Shown piece by piece: positions 50,264-60,182 of a stretch of DNA of 64,000 nucleotides. The stretch comes from Candidatus Latescibacterota bacterium. Lineage in GTDB: Bacteria > Latescibacterota > UBA2968. The notes under the pieces are model-generated. The model was not told the DNA's origin. It saw only the letters and a program-made list of their open reading frames with translations, and searched no databases. Both the position numbers and the translations under genes were made by a program. Position 1 is the first letter of the stretch. The number at the start of each line of letters is the position of its first letter. The stretch covers positions 6,624,001 through 6,688,000 of the forward strand of contig OZ240241.1 in assembly GCA_965198115.1 (NCBI GenBank), in the 5' to 3' direction.

Positions 50264-52666
50264 ATGAACATCGTGACTGCGCGTGAGACATTGGATGCGC
50301 TTCGCTCCAATCGGGCGAAGCGTTTTCTGTTTTACCTGGTGACGGTGACGGTGGGGCCCCTCGTGTTTCTGCTCCTGGTGGAAGGGGTTCTTCGGGCTGT
50401 GGCGCGCGGTCCGGAGACGGATTTTTTCATTCCCTTCCGATCGAATGGGGGAGAGACGGTCTATACGACGAACGATCGGTTTGCGCACCAGTACTTCCCT
50501 CCGGCGATGGCTCGGATTCCGCGGCCAGCCCGCATTGCCGTACCCAAGCCGCAGGACGTTTACCGGGTCCTCGTGTTGGGAGGATCGGCGGCGATGGGCG
50601 AGCCAGAGCCGACGTTCAGTATGGGGCGTGTGCTTCAGGCGATGCTGGAACAGCAATATCCAGGGTTGACGATCGAGGTCATCAACGGCGCCCTGGCGAC
50701 GATCAACTCGCACGTGGCTTATCAGATCGCCAAGGAGGTCGACCGCATCGAACCGGACGTCGTTCTCGTCTATCTGGGGAACAACGAAGTGGTGGGTCCC
50801 TACGGTGCCGGAACGGTATTCGGTGCGTTTTCGCCGAATCTTGCGATGATTCGGATCGGAATCGCGGCACGCAAGACGCGAGTCGGTCAACTGATCGATC
50901 ATCTGTCGTCGATCGCGTTGGGACAGGGGCAGTTCGTGACCGAGGGCCAGGGGATGGCGATGTTTCAGCGGCAGCGGGTTCGGGAGGATGACCCACGGCT
51001 GAGGCGCGTCTACGACCACTTTAGACAGAATCTCGAAGACCTGGTCGACGAGGTGAAGCGATCGGGCGCGAAGCTCGTCCTGAGCACGGTCGGCTCGAAC
51101 CTGGCCGATCTTCCACCGTTTGCGTCGGCACTGGGGGAAGGGACGATCGATCGACGGGGACTGCTCTACGAGGAGGGTCAGAGGCTCGAGGAGGTGGGCC
51201 GCCCGGACGAAGCAATCGCCATCTATTCGAAGGCGCTTGAAATCGATGCGGGGCACGCCGGGCTTCACTACCGGATCTCGCGTCTGTTCCGTATGCGAGG
51301 TCGCGATGTGGAAGCTGACAAACACGCGATCCGGGCGAGAGACCTCGATACGTTGAGGTTTCGTGCGGACAGCCGTCTCAATGCCATCATTCGGGAGATC
51401 TCTGCTCGTGAAGACGTGGATCTGGTGGACGCTGTGGCCGCTTTGCACGCCGCCTCGAATGGACTTCCGGGCAACGATCTCTTCTACGAGCACGTGCATC
51501 TGACTTTCGAGGGGAATCGGGTCGTTGCGAAGGCAGTGGTCGACGTTCTTCGGTCAACGGTCTCTGGTCGACCCACAGAGCCGGTTCCCGATGCCGTTGC
51601 GTGCGCGGATCGGCTGGCACTCACACCGTGGGATCGCTATCGAACGCTGGTCGGAATGGCCGGGTTGATGCGGCGAGCCCCGTTCACGCTTCAGGACGGG
51701 CATCGAGCGAGGCGCCGATCGATGAACCTGCGAGTGCTCGCCCTGCGGGCGATGGCGACGACCGGCCTGGCGCTGCAAGATGCGACCGACCACTACGAAC
51801 GACTTCTCGAATCCCACCCCGCGGACCTGGACATCCGTGAGAACTATGCTCGACTTCTTCAGGAAGTGGGCGATCTGAACGGAGCCGCCGCGGCGTGGCG
51901 CGTTCTGACCGACGCCGTTCCGGCGTCTTCGTGGACTCTGGGTCTGGCAACCGTCTTTACCGATCAGAGTGCACACCACGCGGCGACCCATCTGTATCGG
52001 GACGTTCAGCGGCGGCTTCCCGATCTGACGTTTCTCAACATTCAGATCGGGTATGACCTCGTGGCAGCCGGCCGGCTGGCGGAAGCAGTGGCAGAGCTCG
52101 AACGAGGTCTGGACAGGAATCCGGGATCGACGATCGCTCGCCTCAACCTGTCAGGTTTGCTGATGGATCTGGGTCGGAGCGCTGAAGCGTATGACGTCCT
52201 GGAAGTGGGTCTTTCGAAGGTTCGCGCTGATCTAAATGTTCAGGCGGAGGCGGACCTGCTCGTGGGGAAGGGGGAACGGCTGGTCGCCGAGAAGCGATTC
52301 GAAGAAGCGGTGCGAGCATTCGGTGGCGCCCGCGAGGCCTACACGTCGATCCGGGACTATGAAGGCGTGGTCACGTCCTGGGTGAAGACGGCGGAGGCGT
52401 ATCGCGGGAGTGGAGACCGGGATCGAGCACGCGAGGCCTACCACGAAGCCAGGATGGTCTGCGCCGACCTTGCGATGCGTGAGGAAGAGGCCGGGATTCT
52501 GGTCGGGATGGGGTTGAATTCGATGGAGACGGGGGATCACGCAGAGGCCTATCGGTTTTTTGGGGAGGCGAAGGCGCGCTACGCCGACGTGGTGATCGAT
52601 CACCCGTCGATCGAGTGGGTCGAGCGAATGCGTGAGGCCGTCGAGATTTCGGGCGATGAAAATTGA
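50264..52666 (+). CDS. Membrane-anchored SGNH-hydrolase + TPR protein
   Basis: TM helix, VLGGSAAMG, YLGNNE, EHVH, multiple TPR repeats. Confidence 0.85.
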   Translation: MNIVTARETLDALRSNRAKRFLFYLVTVTVGPLVFLLLVEGVLRAVARGPETDFFIPFRSNGGETVYTTNDRFAHQYFPPAMARIPRPARIAVPKPQDVYRVLVLGGSAAMGEPEPTFSMGRVLQAMLEQQYPGLTIEVINGALATINSHVAYQIAKEVDRIEPDVVLVYLGNNEVVGPYGAGTVFGAFSPNLAMIRIGIAARKTRVGQLIDHLSSIALGQGQFVTEGQGMAMFQRQRVREDDPRLRRVYDHFRQNLEDLVDEVKRSGAKLVLSTVGSNLADLPPFASALGEGTIDRRGLLYEEGQRLEEVGRPDEAIAIYSKALEIDAGHAGLHYRISRLFRMRGRDVEADKHAIRARDLDTLRFRADSRLNAIIREISAREDVDLVDAVAALHAASNGLPGNDLFYEHVHLTFEGNRVVAKAVVDVLRSTVSGRPTEPVPDAVACADRLALTPWDRYRTLVGMAGLMRRAPFTLQDGHRARRRSMNLRVLALRAMATTGLALQDATDHYERLLESHPADLDIRENYARLLQEVGDLNGAAAAWRVLTDAVPASSWTLGLATVFTDQSAHHAATHLYRDVQRRLPDLTFLNIQIGYDLVAAGRLAEAVAELERGLDRNPGSTIARLNLSGLLMDLGRSAEAYDVLEVGLSKVRADLNVQAEADLLVGKGERLVAEKRFEEAVRAFGGAREAYTSIRDYEGVVTSWVKTAEAYRGSGDRDRAREAYHEARMVCADLAMREEEAGILVGMGLNSMETGDHAEAYRFFGEAKARYADVVIDHPSIEWVERMREAVEISGDEN

Positions 52667-52697
52667 CACGGATCGTACGAAGGGATATATCGAGGAA

Positions 52698-52732
52698 ATC
52701 GAGTATCGAATATCGAGAATCGAGTATCGAAA
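52698..52732 (+). repeat. ATCGAGN heptamer array (5 units)
   Basis: ATCGAGT ATCGAAT ATCGAGA ATCGAGT ATCGAAA. Confidence 0.8.
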
Positions 52733-52748
52733 TGAGAAGCTGGAGGAT

Positions 52749-53835
52749 CTGAGGAATCTGGTGTTGACGAATCCGCGGTCGCGTCCTGGCCATCTTGCGT
52801 CGTTCGAGGCGCCCGGAGGGGTTACTGCAAAGTGTCTGAAGCTGTCGGGCGGCGGGAGCGATTTGATTGCCGAACGGGATCCGAGTCAGGCTGTCTACCA
52901 CGTGCAGCTTCCGGCCGTCGAAGCGGGACAGACGCTGTCTTTCGATGTGGAGGAGAAGCCCAGTGTCGATGCCCGGTGGCATCACCGCGACCGAGGGGAA
53001 CGGCGAGGTCGAGATCGGTCTGGGGGGGTCTCCGCTGATGACGTTTCGCTACGGCGCTGACTATCCGAAGCCGGTGATCAATCCGATTTTGACACCGGGC
53101 GGCACGAATATGCTGCGCGAGCCGATGGCGGCCTGGTCCGAGGGTGAGCATCCCTGGCAGCGGGGTCTGACGCTGATGCAGGGAGCGATCAACGGGATCG
53201 ATTGCTGGAATGAGAAAACACCCGAAGAATTCGGGCGTACTGAACAGGATGCGATGTCGGTCGATCACGGGCCCCTTTCCTTGACGATCGCGTCCGAGAA
53301 TTCGTGGTATGTGGACGATCGAAAATTAATGACGGATTCCCGCTCCTATCGGCTGTTCGACACGGATCGGAATGCGGCGATCCTGGATATCGCGCTGACC
53401 CTCAAGGCGTCTGAAGGGGATGTGACGATCGGAGACACGAAGGAGGGCGGGTTTCTGTGTATTCGCGTGAACCCGACGATGAACGCGAACGACGGCGGGA
53501 CGATGCGCAACGCCTACGGCGCGTCCGACGAAACGGGGTGCTGGTCGCTCCCCTCACACTGGATGGACTACTTCGGACCCGTGGGCGGCGAGACGGCCGG
53601 TTTTGCGATTTTCGATCACCCGGGCAACTTCCGGTATCCGACGACGTGGCACGTCCGGGGTTACGGTCTGTTCGCACCGAACTGCTGGATGTTCAAACCC
53701 GACCATCATCTGACAACGGGCGAGGAGCTGACGTTCCGGTGGCGGGTGACGATACACTCGGGTGATACTGATCAGGCGGATATTGCGCCCCGCTTTCTCG
53801 ACTACGTCGATGGGTTGAGAGTGGAGAACGGGTAA
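52749..53835 (+). CDS. DUF6807/PmoA-like family protein (start uncertain; frameshift near 52973)
   Basis: KPVINPI, HPWQRGL, TKEGG..IRV, WMDY.G, DHPGN..PTTWHVRGYGLF. Confidence 0.75.
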
Positions 53836-53860
53836 ACTCCATGATGTGCTGGACCGATTG

Positions 53861-53893
53861 AGGGGCGACCGGCCGGTCGCCCCTTTCTCTTTT
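53861..53893 (+). terminator. REP-like hairpin / terminator
   Basis: AGGGGCGACC-GGCC-GGTCGCCCCT followed by T-rich tail. Confidence 0.7.
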
Positions 53894-54060
53894 GTGTGCG
53901 AAATGGGCACCGACGGTGTCCGGCCTGTGGGGCACGAACTCAAGGTGTCTCGACTCGACCGGACGCGCGAGATCGGCCGATCGGTCCTTTGCTCGTCATT
54001 CGGCTCATTTGGAGGTAAATTACATTAGACAGTTGCTTTATGAAACTCAGGAGGATGCCT

Positions 54061-54400
54061 GTGGATCATACAGTTCTTCTTGTGGATGACGAAGAAGGCG
54101 TGATCAACTCGCTTCGGAGGGTTTCCGCCAGGAGCCTTTACGACTGATCACGGCCACCGGGGGGCAAAAGCCGCTCTGGAGATGATCAACGAGGGTGAGC
54201 GTCCCTAGTGATCTCGGATCAGCAGTTGCCCGGTATGTCGGGTGCTGAATTCTCAGCACAGGTCCAACAGCTTCTGCCGATTCGATTCGCATCATCCTGA
54301 CCGGGCGTGGGGATCTGGATTCGGCCATTCGCGCAATCAATGAAGGGGAGATTTTACCGCTATCTCATCAAACCGTGGGATAACGACGAACCTACAAGGG
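54061..54400 (+). pseudogene. Degraded response regulator receiver gene
   Basis: GGAGG RBS; fragments TVLLVDDEEGVINSLRR, ISDQQLPGM, IRIILTGRGDLDSAIRAINEGEI, YLIKPWDNDE spread over several frames. Confidence 0.8.
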
Positions 54401-54538
54401 TGTCGAGGTGACGATCGGGTCGAATGAACGCGAAATCCAGCGACTTCGGTCCGTCGAAGATTTTGGTGACGGACGGACAAATCGTGATCGAGTCGCCGTC
54501 GAACGAAGGGCCGGCCGAATGACCAGAGGAGACTTACC

Positions 54539-55768
54539 TTGGAAACCAAACCTGCAACCCTGCTGTTCGTAGATGACGAGCGCAACATCCTTCGATCGAT
54601 CCAACGAGCTCTGAGGCGGGAGCCCTACGAACTGCTGTTTGCGTCGAACGGATCGGCCGGTCTGGAGGTTCTGAAAAAGCAAAAAGTGGATCTCGTGGTG
54701 ACGGACATCCTGATGCCGGTGATGGACGGGATGGCATTCCTCAAACGCGTGCAGTCCGACTACCCGAAGACCATTCGATTAATTCTAACGGGCTATGCCG
54801 ATCGTGAATTCGTCCAGGAAGCACTCGCGAAGGAGTACGCACGCGAAGTCATTTCCAAGCCCTGGAACGAGGATGAGCTCAAGGAAACGATTCGGAGCGC
54901 GCTCGAGCAATCGGCAACGCAGATGGCGGTCACGCCGGGTTTGCAGACGCTCATCAACTCGATCACCAACCTTCCGGGCCTTCCCCAGGTCTACCTCGAG
55001 ATTCGCGACATTCTCGCCGAAGAAGAAGTGTCGGTCGACGACCTCGCTGCTGCGATCGAAAAGGGACCATCCATATCGGCGCGTTTGCTGCGATGGGCTA
55101 ACTCCTCGATTTTCGGCCAGAAGACAGAAGTGGAAACGGTGCACCGGGCAACCCTCGTGATGGGCCTGGATATGGTGAGCGGACTGGCCCTGTCTCAATC
55201 CGTGATGAACTCCCTTTCCTGTGACGAGCCGGAACTGGATAACTTCAACCGCGGGGAGTTCTGGCGACACGCGAACGCCTGCGGCGCTTGCGCACGCCTG
55301 TTGATGGAACGCCTGACCAGCGAGCGCGAACTGCTTGCGAACGCGCTGACGGCCGGGCTCCTTCACGATCTCGGAAAGCTCGTCGAAGATCGCTACCTGC
55401 GGGATTCCTTCGTCGCCGCCCTCGAGAACGCCATTCGGGAGGAGTCCTGCCTGATCGATGTCGAGAAGGACACGATCGGTGCGACACACGTCGAGATCGG
55501 GCATTACCTGGCAGAGTGGTGGTCTCTTCCCACCTATCTGGCCGAGGTCGTGCGCTGTCACCACCGACCGAAGGCGGTTCTTCAACACAGCGAGGATCTG
55601 ACCGCTGCGGTCCACGTTGCCAATGTCCTCGTTCAAGCCTTTGAGATTGGTCATAGCGGGAACGCAACCCTTCCCGAGCTCGAAACAGATTGCTGGGAGA
55701 GATTCGGTGTCGAAGAGGAAGAGCTGGACGGTCTCAAGCAAACTATCGAAGACGGACTCGTGAGCTGA
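54539..55768 (+). CDS. Response regulator with HDOD output domain
   Basis: LFVDDE, TDILMP, KPW; LPGLPQVY, LLRWANS, FWRH, AGLLHDLGKL, HH. Confidence 0.93.
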   Translation: METKPATLLFVDDERNILRSIQRALRREPYELLFASNGSAGLEVLKKQKVDLVVTDILMPVMDGMAFLKRVQSDYPKTIRLILTGYADREFVQEALAKEYAREVISKPWNEDELKETIRSALEQSATQMAVTPGLQTLINSITNLPGLPQVYLEIRDILAEEEVSVDDLAAAIEKGPSISARLLRWANSSIFGQKTEVETVHRATLVMGLDMVSGLALSQSVMNSLSCDEPELDNFNRGEFWRHANACGACARLLMERLTSERELLANALTAGLLHDLGKLVEDRYLRDSFVAALENAIREESCLIDVEKDTIGATHVEIGHYLAEWWSLPTYLAEVVRCHHRPKAVLQHSEDLTAAVHVANVLVQAFEIGHSGNATLPELETDCWERFGVEEEELDGLKQTIEDGLVS

Positions 55769-55771
55769 ATT

Positions 55772-56788
55772 ATGAGCAGCGATCACAAGGAAAAGGACAT
55801 AGCTCAGCAGGTGGCCACCCTCACTGCCCGTGTTGAAGAACTCGAAGCAGAACGCGAGAAGCTGGCCCACGAGTTCATCCGAGGGACGGACGACGAGGGT
55901 CGCGTTCAGCGTATGCTCGTGTCTCAGTCCGATGAACTTCTTCAGGCCCACGAGCAGCTCAAGCAGAATCAGGCCCAGATCGTGCACAGCGAGAAGATGG
56001 CGGGGCTCGGGCAGCTCGCCGCCGGGATCGCCCACGAGATCAACAATCCGATCGGGTTCCTGACGAGCAATCTCAATACGCTCAACGACTACTGTGGCGT
56101 ATTCGAGCGCGTCCTGCGGGCCTACGGAGAAATGGCCACGGCAATCGAGGGCTCGAACCTCGAAGAGCTGAAGCGGCTACAAGGGGAGGTTCAAGCGCTG
56201 AAAGAGAGCGAGGAGCTCGATTACATCATCGATGACGTGAAGGATCTGCTTTCAGAGTCACTCGATGGGGCATCTCGCGTACGCGACATCGTGGTCAACC
56301 TTCGCAATTTTGCTCGGCTTGACGAATCGGATCTGAAAGAGACGAATATCAACGAATGCATCGAGCAGACGCTCCGCGTGGTGTGGAATGAGCTGAAATA
56401 CAAGTGCGAAATCGTACAAGAGCTGAGAGATCTGCCACCGATAGCGTGCTACCCCGGCCAGCTTAACCAGGTCTTCATGAACCTGCTCATCAATGCCGCG
56501 CAGGCAATAACCGAGAGAGGTGTCATCCACATCCAGACGCAAGTCGAGGGCGCGCTGATCGTGATCCGTGTTTCCGACACCGGAGAAGGGATCGAGCGGG
56601 AAAACTTATCGAAACTCTTCGATCCGTTCTTCACGACGAAATCGGTTGGGCAGGGCACGGGATTGGGTCTGTCGATCGTCCACGGAATCGTCGAGAACCA
56701 CCACGGAACCATCAATGTAGAAAGCGAGGTAGGCAAGGGCACGACGTTCACGATCCGCATCCCCGTCGAGGGACTAAAGCATGCGTGA
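55772..56788 (+). CDS. Cytoplasmic NtrB-type histidine kinase
   Basis: EKMAGLGQLAAGIAHEINNP, QVFMNLLINA, DTGEG, FDPFFTTK..GTGLGL. Confidence 0.95.
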   Translation: MSSDHKEKDIAQQVATLTARVEELEAEREKLAHEFIRGTDDEGRVQRMLVSQSDELLQAHEQLKQNQAQIVHSEKMAGLGQLAAGIAHEINNPIGFLTSNLNTLNDYCGVFERVLRAYGEMATAIEGSNLEELKRLQGEVQALKESEELDYIIDDVKDLLSESLDGASRVRDIVVNLRNFARLDESDLKETNINECIEQTLRVVWNELKYKCEIVQELRDLPPIACYPGQLNQVFMNLLINAAQAITERGVIHIQTQVEGALIVIRVSDTGEGIERENLSKLFDPFFTTKSVGQGTGLGLSIVHGIVENHHGTINVESEVGKGTTFTIRIPVEGLKHA

Positions 56789-57950
56789 CGACGCCGTTCT
56801 CTTCATCGACGACGAGGTTAATATTCAGCGAGCCTTCAAACGGGAGCTCCACGGAGAATCCTACGAGATCTTGACCGCCGACAGTGGGGAAGAAGGATTA
56901 CTCGTCCAGGCGGAGGCCGAGGTAGGGGTCGTCGTGTCGGACCACAAGATGCCGGGCATGACGGGGGTGGAATTCCTAGAAAAAGTTCGTCAGCAGTGGC
57001 CCAAGACCTTCCGCATTATGCTGACCGGGTATGGCGACATTGATACGATTTCATCGGCGATCAATGTGGGTGAAATCCATCGATTCCTTACGAAACCGTG
57101 GGATAGGAACACACTCAAGGCCGCGATCGACCAGGGTATCTCGCACGCCGCGCTGATCAAGGAGAACGATTTCCTGACGAGCGCCTTCGAGGAGCAGAAC
57201 TACAAGCTGACCAGCCTGACAGAGGATCTGGAGAAGCAAGTCGAGGAAAGAACGCGACAACTCCAGGACACGTATGCGCGTCTGGTGCGAAGCGAAAGAT
57301 CCCAGGCGATCGCGGATCTCGTGGAGGGTGTCTCGAGACAGGCCATGAATCCATTGACCGTGATCGGTGGACGAATCGATATGATTCGGATGAACACGAC
57401 GCTGTCAGTGGAGACGGTGCAAATGCTCGATGAAGCGCGTGAGAGCGTCGACCAGGTGATCAGTCTGCTCACGAGACTTCGTGACGTCACGACCGAACAA
57501 GAGTCCAATCGAACGGATCTCGACTTCAGCGCGTTGGTGAACGAGGTCTACCAACTCGAGTCCTCTTCACTCCGTGCCAAAAGTATAGATATGATGCTGG
57601 AACTGGAAGAGGGACTTCGCATTCGAGCCGATGAGAACCAGATAAGACAAGTTTTGCTCAGTATGATCAACAACGCGGTTGACGCGATGCCGGGGGGAGG
57701 CCGTGTCATTGTCGAAACACGGTCCATCGATCAGGATGGACACGCCTTCGCCGAAGTTCGGGTCACGGATACGGGTGTCGGCATACCGGAAGAAGATCGG
57801 CCCAAGATCTTCTCGCCGCTGTTCACGACGAAAGCCGAAGGAAGCGGCATGGGTCTGCCCATCTGCGTGGGTATCATCAAGAATCACGGCGGGACGATGG
57901 ATTTCACGTCTCGCGTAGGAGAAGGAACCACGTTCGTATTGCCGGCCTAA
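56781..57950 (+). CDS. Hybrid receiver-histidine kinase-like protein lacking the H-box His
   Basis: FIDDE, SDHKMP, KPW; EGVSRQAMNPL; NNAVDAM, DTGVG, GSGMGL. Confidence 0.88.
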   Translation: MRDDAVLFIDDEVNIQRAFKRELHGESYEILTADSGEEGLLVQAEAEVGVVVSDHKMPGMTGVEFLEKVRQQWPKTFRIMLTGYGDIDTISSAINVGEIHRFLTKPWDRNTLKAAIDQGISHAALIKENDFLTSAFEEQNYKLTSLTEDLEKQVEERTRQLQDTYARLVRSERSQAIADLVEGVSRQAMNPLTVIGGRIDMIRMNTTLSVETVQMLDEARESVDQVISLLTRLRDVTTEQESNRTDLDFSALVNEVYQLESSSLRAKSIDMMLELEEGLRIRADENQIRQVLLSMINNAVDAMPGGGRVIVETRSIDQDGHAFAEVRVTDTGVGIPEEDRPKIFSPLFTTKAEGSGMGLPICVGIIKNHGGTMDFTSRVGEGTTFVLPA

Positions 57951-57998
57951 CCTCAACCGGTGGAGTGCGCAAAGCCGGTCGTTAAAATCAGGATCAAT

Positions 57999-58050
57999 CG
58001 GAAAGCGAAAGAGCGAAGCCTCCCTGCGGGCTTCGCTCTTTCGCTTTCCG
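57999..58050. terminator. 22-bp perfect hairpin between convergent operons
   Basis: CGGAAAGCGAAAGAGCGAAGCC-N8-GGCTTCGCTCTTTCGCTTTCCG. Confidence 0.75.
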
Positions 58051-58068
58051 TGCCGACCTTATGTGGCC

Positions 58069-59055
58069 TTACGCGAGCGATTCCTTTACGGCGCCGATGA
58101 CATCGGCTTCGTTCGGGATGGTGGCGTCTTCCAGCGGTTTACTGAAGGGGACGGGCACATCCATCGCGCCGAGTCGGACGATGGGTGCGTCGAGATAGTC
58201 GAAGGCGCCTTCGTAGACGGCGCTCGCGAGTTCCGCGCCGACGCCGAAGCTCTTGCATCCCTCGTCGATGATGACGGCGTGACCCGTTTTGGACACGGAT
58301 TCGACGAGGCAGTCGCGGTCGAGCGGCACCATCGTTCGTGGATCGACGACTTCGCAGCTGATGCCCTCGTCCGCGAGCGTTTCCGCGGCGGCCAGAGCGA
58401 CGAGCACCATACTGGAAGTGGCGATCAGTGTAACGTCGCTGCCTTCGCGTTTGACGTCGGCGACGCCGAAGGGAATCGGATCGACGCTCTCGGGCGCCGA
58501 GCCCTTGACGGCGTACATCATTTTGTCCTCGAAGAAGAGGACGGGGTTGTCGTCGCGCACCGCCGTGGGGAGGAGGCCGAGAACGTCCTGAGGCGTCGAG
58601 GGTAGAGCGACCTTGAGTCCCGGAATGTGCGACGCCCACGCGTGCAGGCTCTGGGAGTGTTGGGCGGCCGATGAACGTCCGGCGCCCATCGTGGTCCGGA
58701 TCGTGAGCGGCACGGAAGCCTGCCCGCCCGACATATACCGGAGCTTCGCGGCCTGGTTGACGATCTGGTCCATTGCCAGAGCCATGAAGTCGCCGAACAT
58801 AATGTCGACGATGGGCCTCATCCCGGTCAGGGCCGCGCCGACACCGAGTCCGACGTAACCGGCCTCAGCGATCGGCGTGTCGATGACGCGTTCCGATCCG
58901 AATTCCTCGTGCAGGCCGAGAAGGATCTTGAAGACGCTGCCCGCGGCGCCGACGTCCTCGCCCATCAGGATGACGCGCTCGTCCCGCCGCATTTCCACGG
59001 CGATCGCCTCCTTGACCGCCTCTCCGTATGTGATCTCCCGTTCAGGCGTAGACAT
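58069..59055 (-). CDS. TPP-dependent 2-oxoacid/acetoin dehydrogenase E1 beta
   Basis: MGEDVG, DTPIAE, AAQHSQ, VDPRTMVPLD. Confidence 0.93.
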   Translation of the reverse strand: MSTPEREITYGEAVKEAIAVEMRRDERVILMGEDVGAAGSVFKILLGLHEEFGSERVIDTPIAEAGYVGLGVGAALTGMRPIVDIMFGDFMALAMDQIVNQAAKLRYMSGGQASVPLTIRTTMGAGRSSAAQHSQSLHAWASHIPGLKVALPSTPQDVLGLLPTAVRDDNPVLFFEDKMMYAVKGSAPESVDPIPFGVADVKREGSDVTLIATSSMVLVALAAAETLADEGISCEVVDPRTMVPLDRDCLVESVSKTGHAVIIDEGCKSFGVGAELASAVYEGAFDYLDAPIVRLGAMDVPVPFSKPLEDATIPNEADVIGAVKESLA

Positions 59056-59995
59056 GATGAGTCGCCTCCTCAGCATCGGGGTAGAGCGCGCCGGCGGCCG
59101 CTTCGACGGCGTCGGCGACTTCCTCCTGGACGGCCTCGTCGATCTCGTCCAGCGTGGTCTCAGCCAGCCCCTGGTCGATGAGGGCGCGGTGGAAGCGGGT
59201 GATGGGATCCTTTTCCTGCCAGGCCTGCCGCTCTTCCTCGGTGCGGTAGCCGTCGCCGGGGTCACCGACGTGGTGACCCCGATGGCGGTAGGTCGTGCAC
59301 TCCAGGAGCGACGGTCCCTTGCCTTCGCGGGCACGGCTGACGGCGGCCGCGGCGGCTTCGTAGACGGCGAGGACGTCGTTGCCGTCGATGACGCTGCTTG
59401 GGATGCCAAACGGCTTTGCCCGATCGGCGATGGTGTCGCCGGCTGTGACGGCATCCGTCGCCGTGTACTCGCCGTACTGGTTGTTTTCGCAGACGTAGAC
59501 GACGGGGAGGTCCCAGATAGCGGCGGTGTTCATGACCTCGAAGAAGATGCCCTGATTGGACGCGCCGTCGCCGAAGAAACAGACGGCGACCTGGTCCGTC
59601 TTCCGTAGCTTGGCGGACAGGGCCGCGCCGGTGGCTATGCCGAAGCCTCCGCCGACGATGCCGTTCGCGCCGAGGATGCCGAGCGACATATCGGCGATGT
59701 GCATCGAGCCGCCTTTGCCGCGGCAGTATCCGGTGACGCGTCCGAGCACTTCGGCCATCATCTGGTCGAGGTGACCTCCCTTCGCGACGCAGTGACCGTG
59801 GCCTCGGTGGGTGCTGGTGATGTAGTCGTCGTCGCGAAGCGCGGAGCAAACACCGACAGCGACGGCTTCCTCACCGATGTAGAGATGGGCGAGTCCGTGC
59901 ATCAACCCGCCGGTGTAGACTTCCCAGATCTGCTCTTCGAATCGTCGGATCCGGAGCATGTTTCGGTAGATGGTTTTTCTGGTTTCGTCATTCAT
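59042..59995 (-). CDS. TPP-dependent 2-oxoacid/acetoin dehydrogenase E1 alpha
   Basis: HLYIGEEA, STHRGHGH, GGSMH, FFGDGA..ENN, TYRHRGH. Confidence 0.93.
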   Translation of the reverse strand: MNDETRKTIYRNMLRIRRFEEQIWEVYTGGLMHGLAHLYIGEEAVAVGVCSALRDDDYITSTHRGHGHCVAKGGHLDQMMAEVLGRVTGYCRGKGGSMHIADMSLGILGANGIVGGGFGIATGAALSAKLRKTDQVAVCFFGDGASNQGIFFEVMNTAAIWDLPVVYVCENNQYGEYTATDAVTAGDTIADRAKPFGIPSSVIDGNDVLAVYEAAAAAVSRAREGKGPSLLECTTYRHRGHHVGDPGDGYRTEEERQAWQEKDPITRFHRALIDQGLAETTLDEIDEAVQEEVADAVEAAAGALYPDAEEATHHVYA

Positions 59996-60037
59996 GAGCG
60001 CGCTTCTCCACGGTAACGGAAGCTCAGAGGTTGGGAA

Positions 60038-60102
60038 CCACAAATGAACACAGATGAACACGAATGGAGCAGCACGACGGACATCCAGACCTTATTCGGG
60101 GA
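60038..60102 (+). repeat. 10-mer ACACAGATGA array + spacer + GACCTTATTCGGGGA
   Basis: 3 units at 60038-67; motif at 60088-102. Confidence 0.8.
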
Positions 60103-60182
60103 AGACGCCGAGGTGACCCTTTGGGGTGTCGGCCTATGTTCGATGACGATGGTTTGATCAAGCGTCTTTGAGTCAGCCACAG

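Noticed and set aside
52749-53835. Methane monooxygenase (pmoA)
   Set aside because: Soluble DUF6807-type protein without TM helices; no pmoB or pmoC
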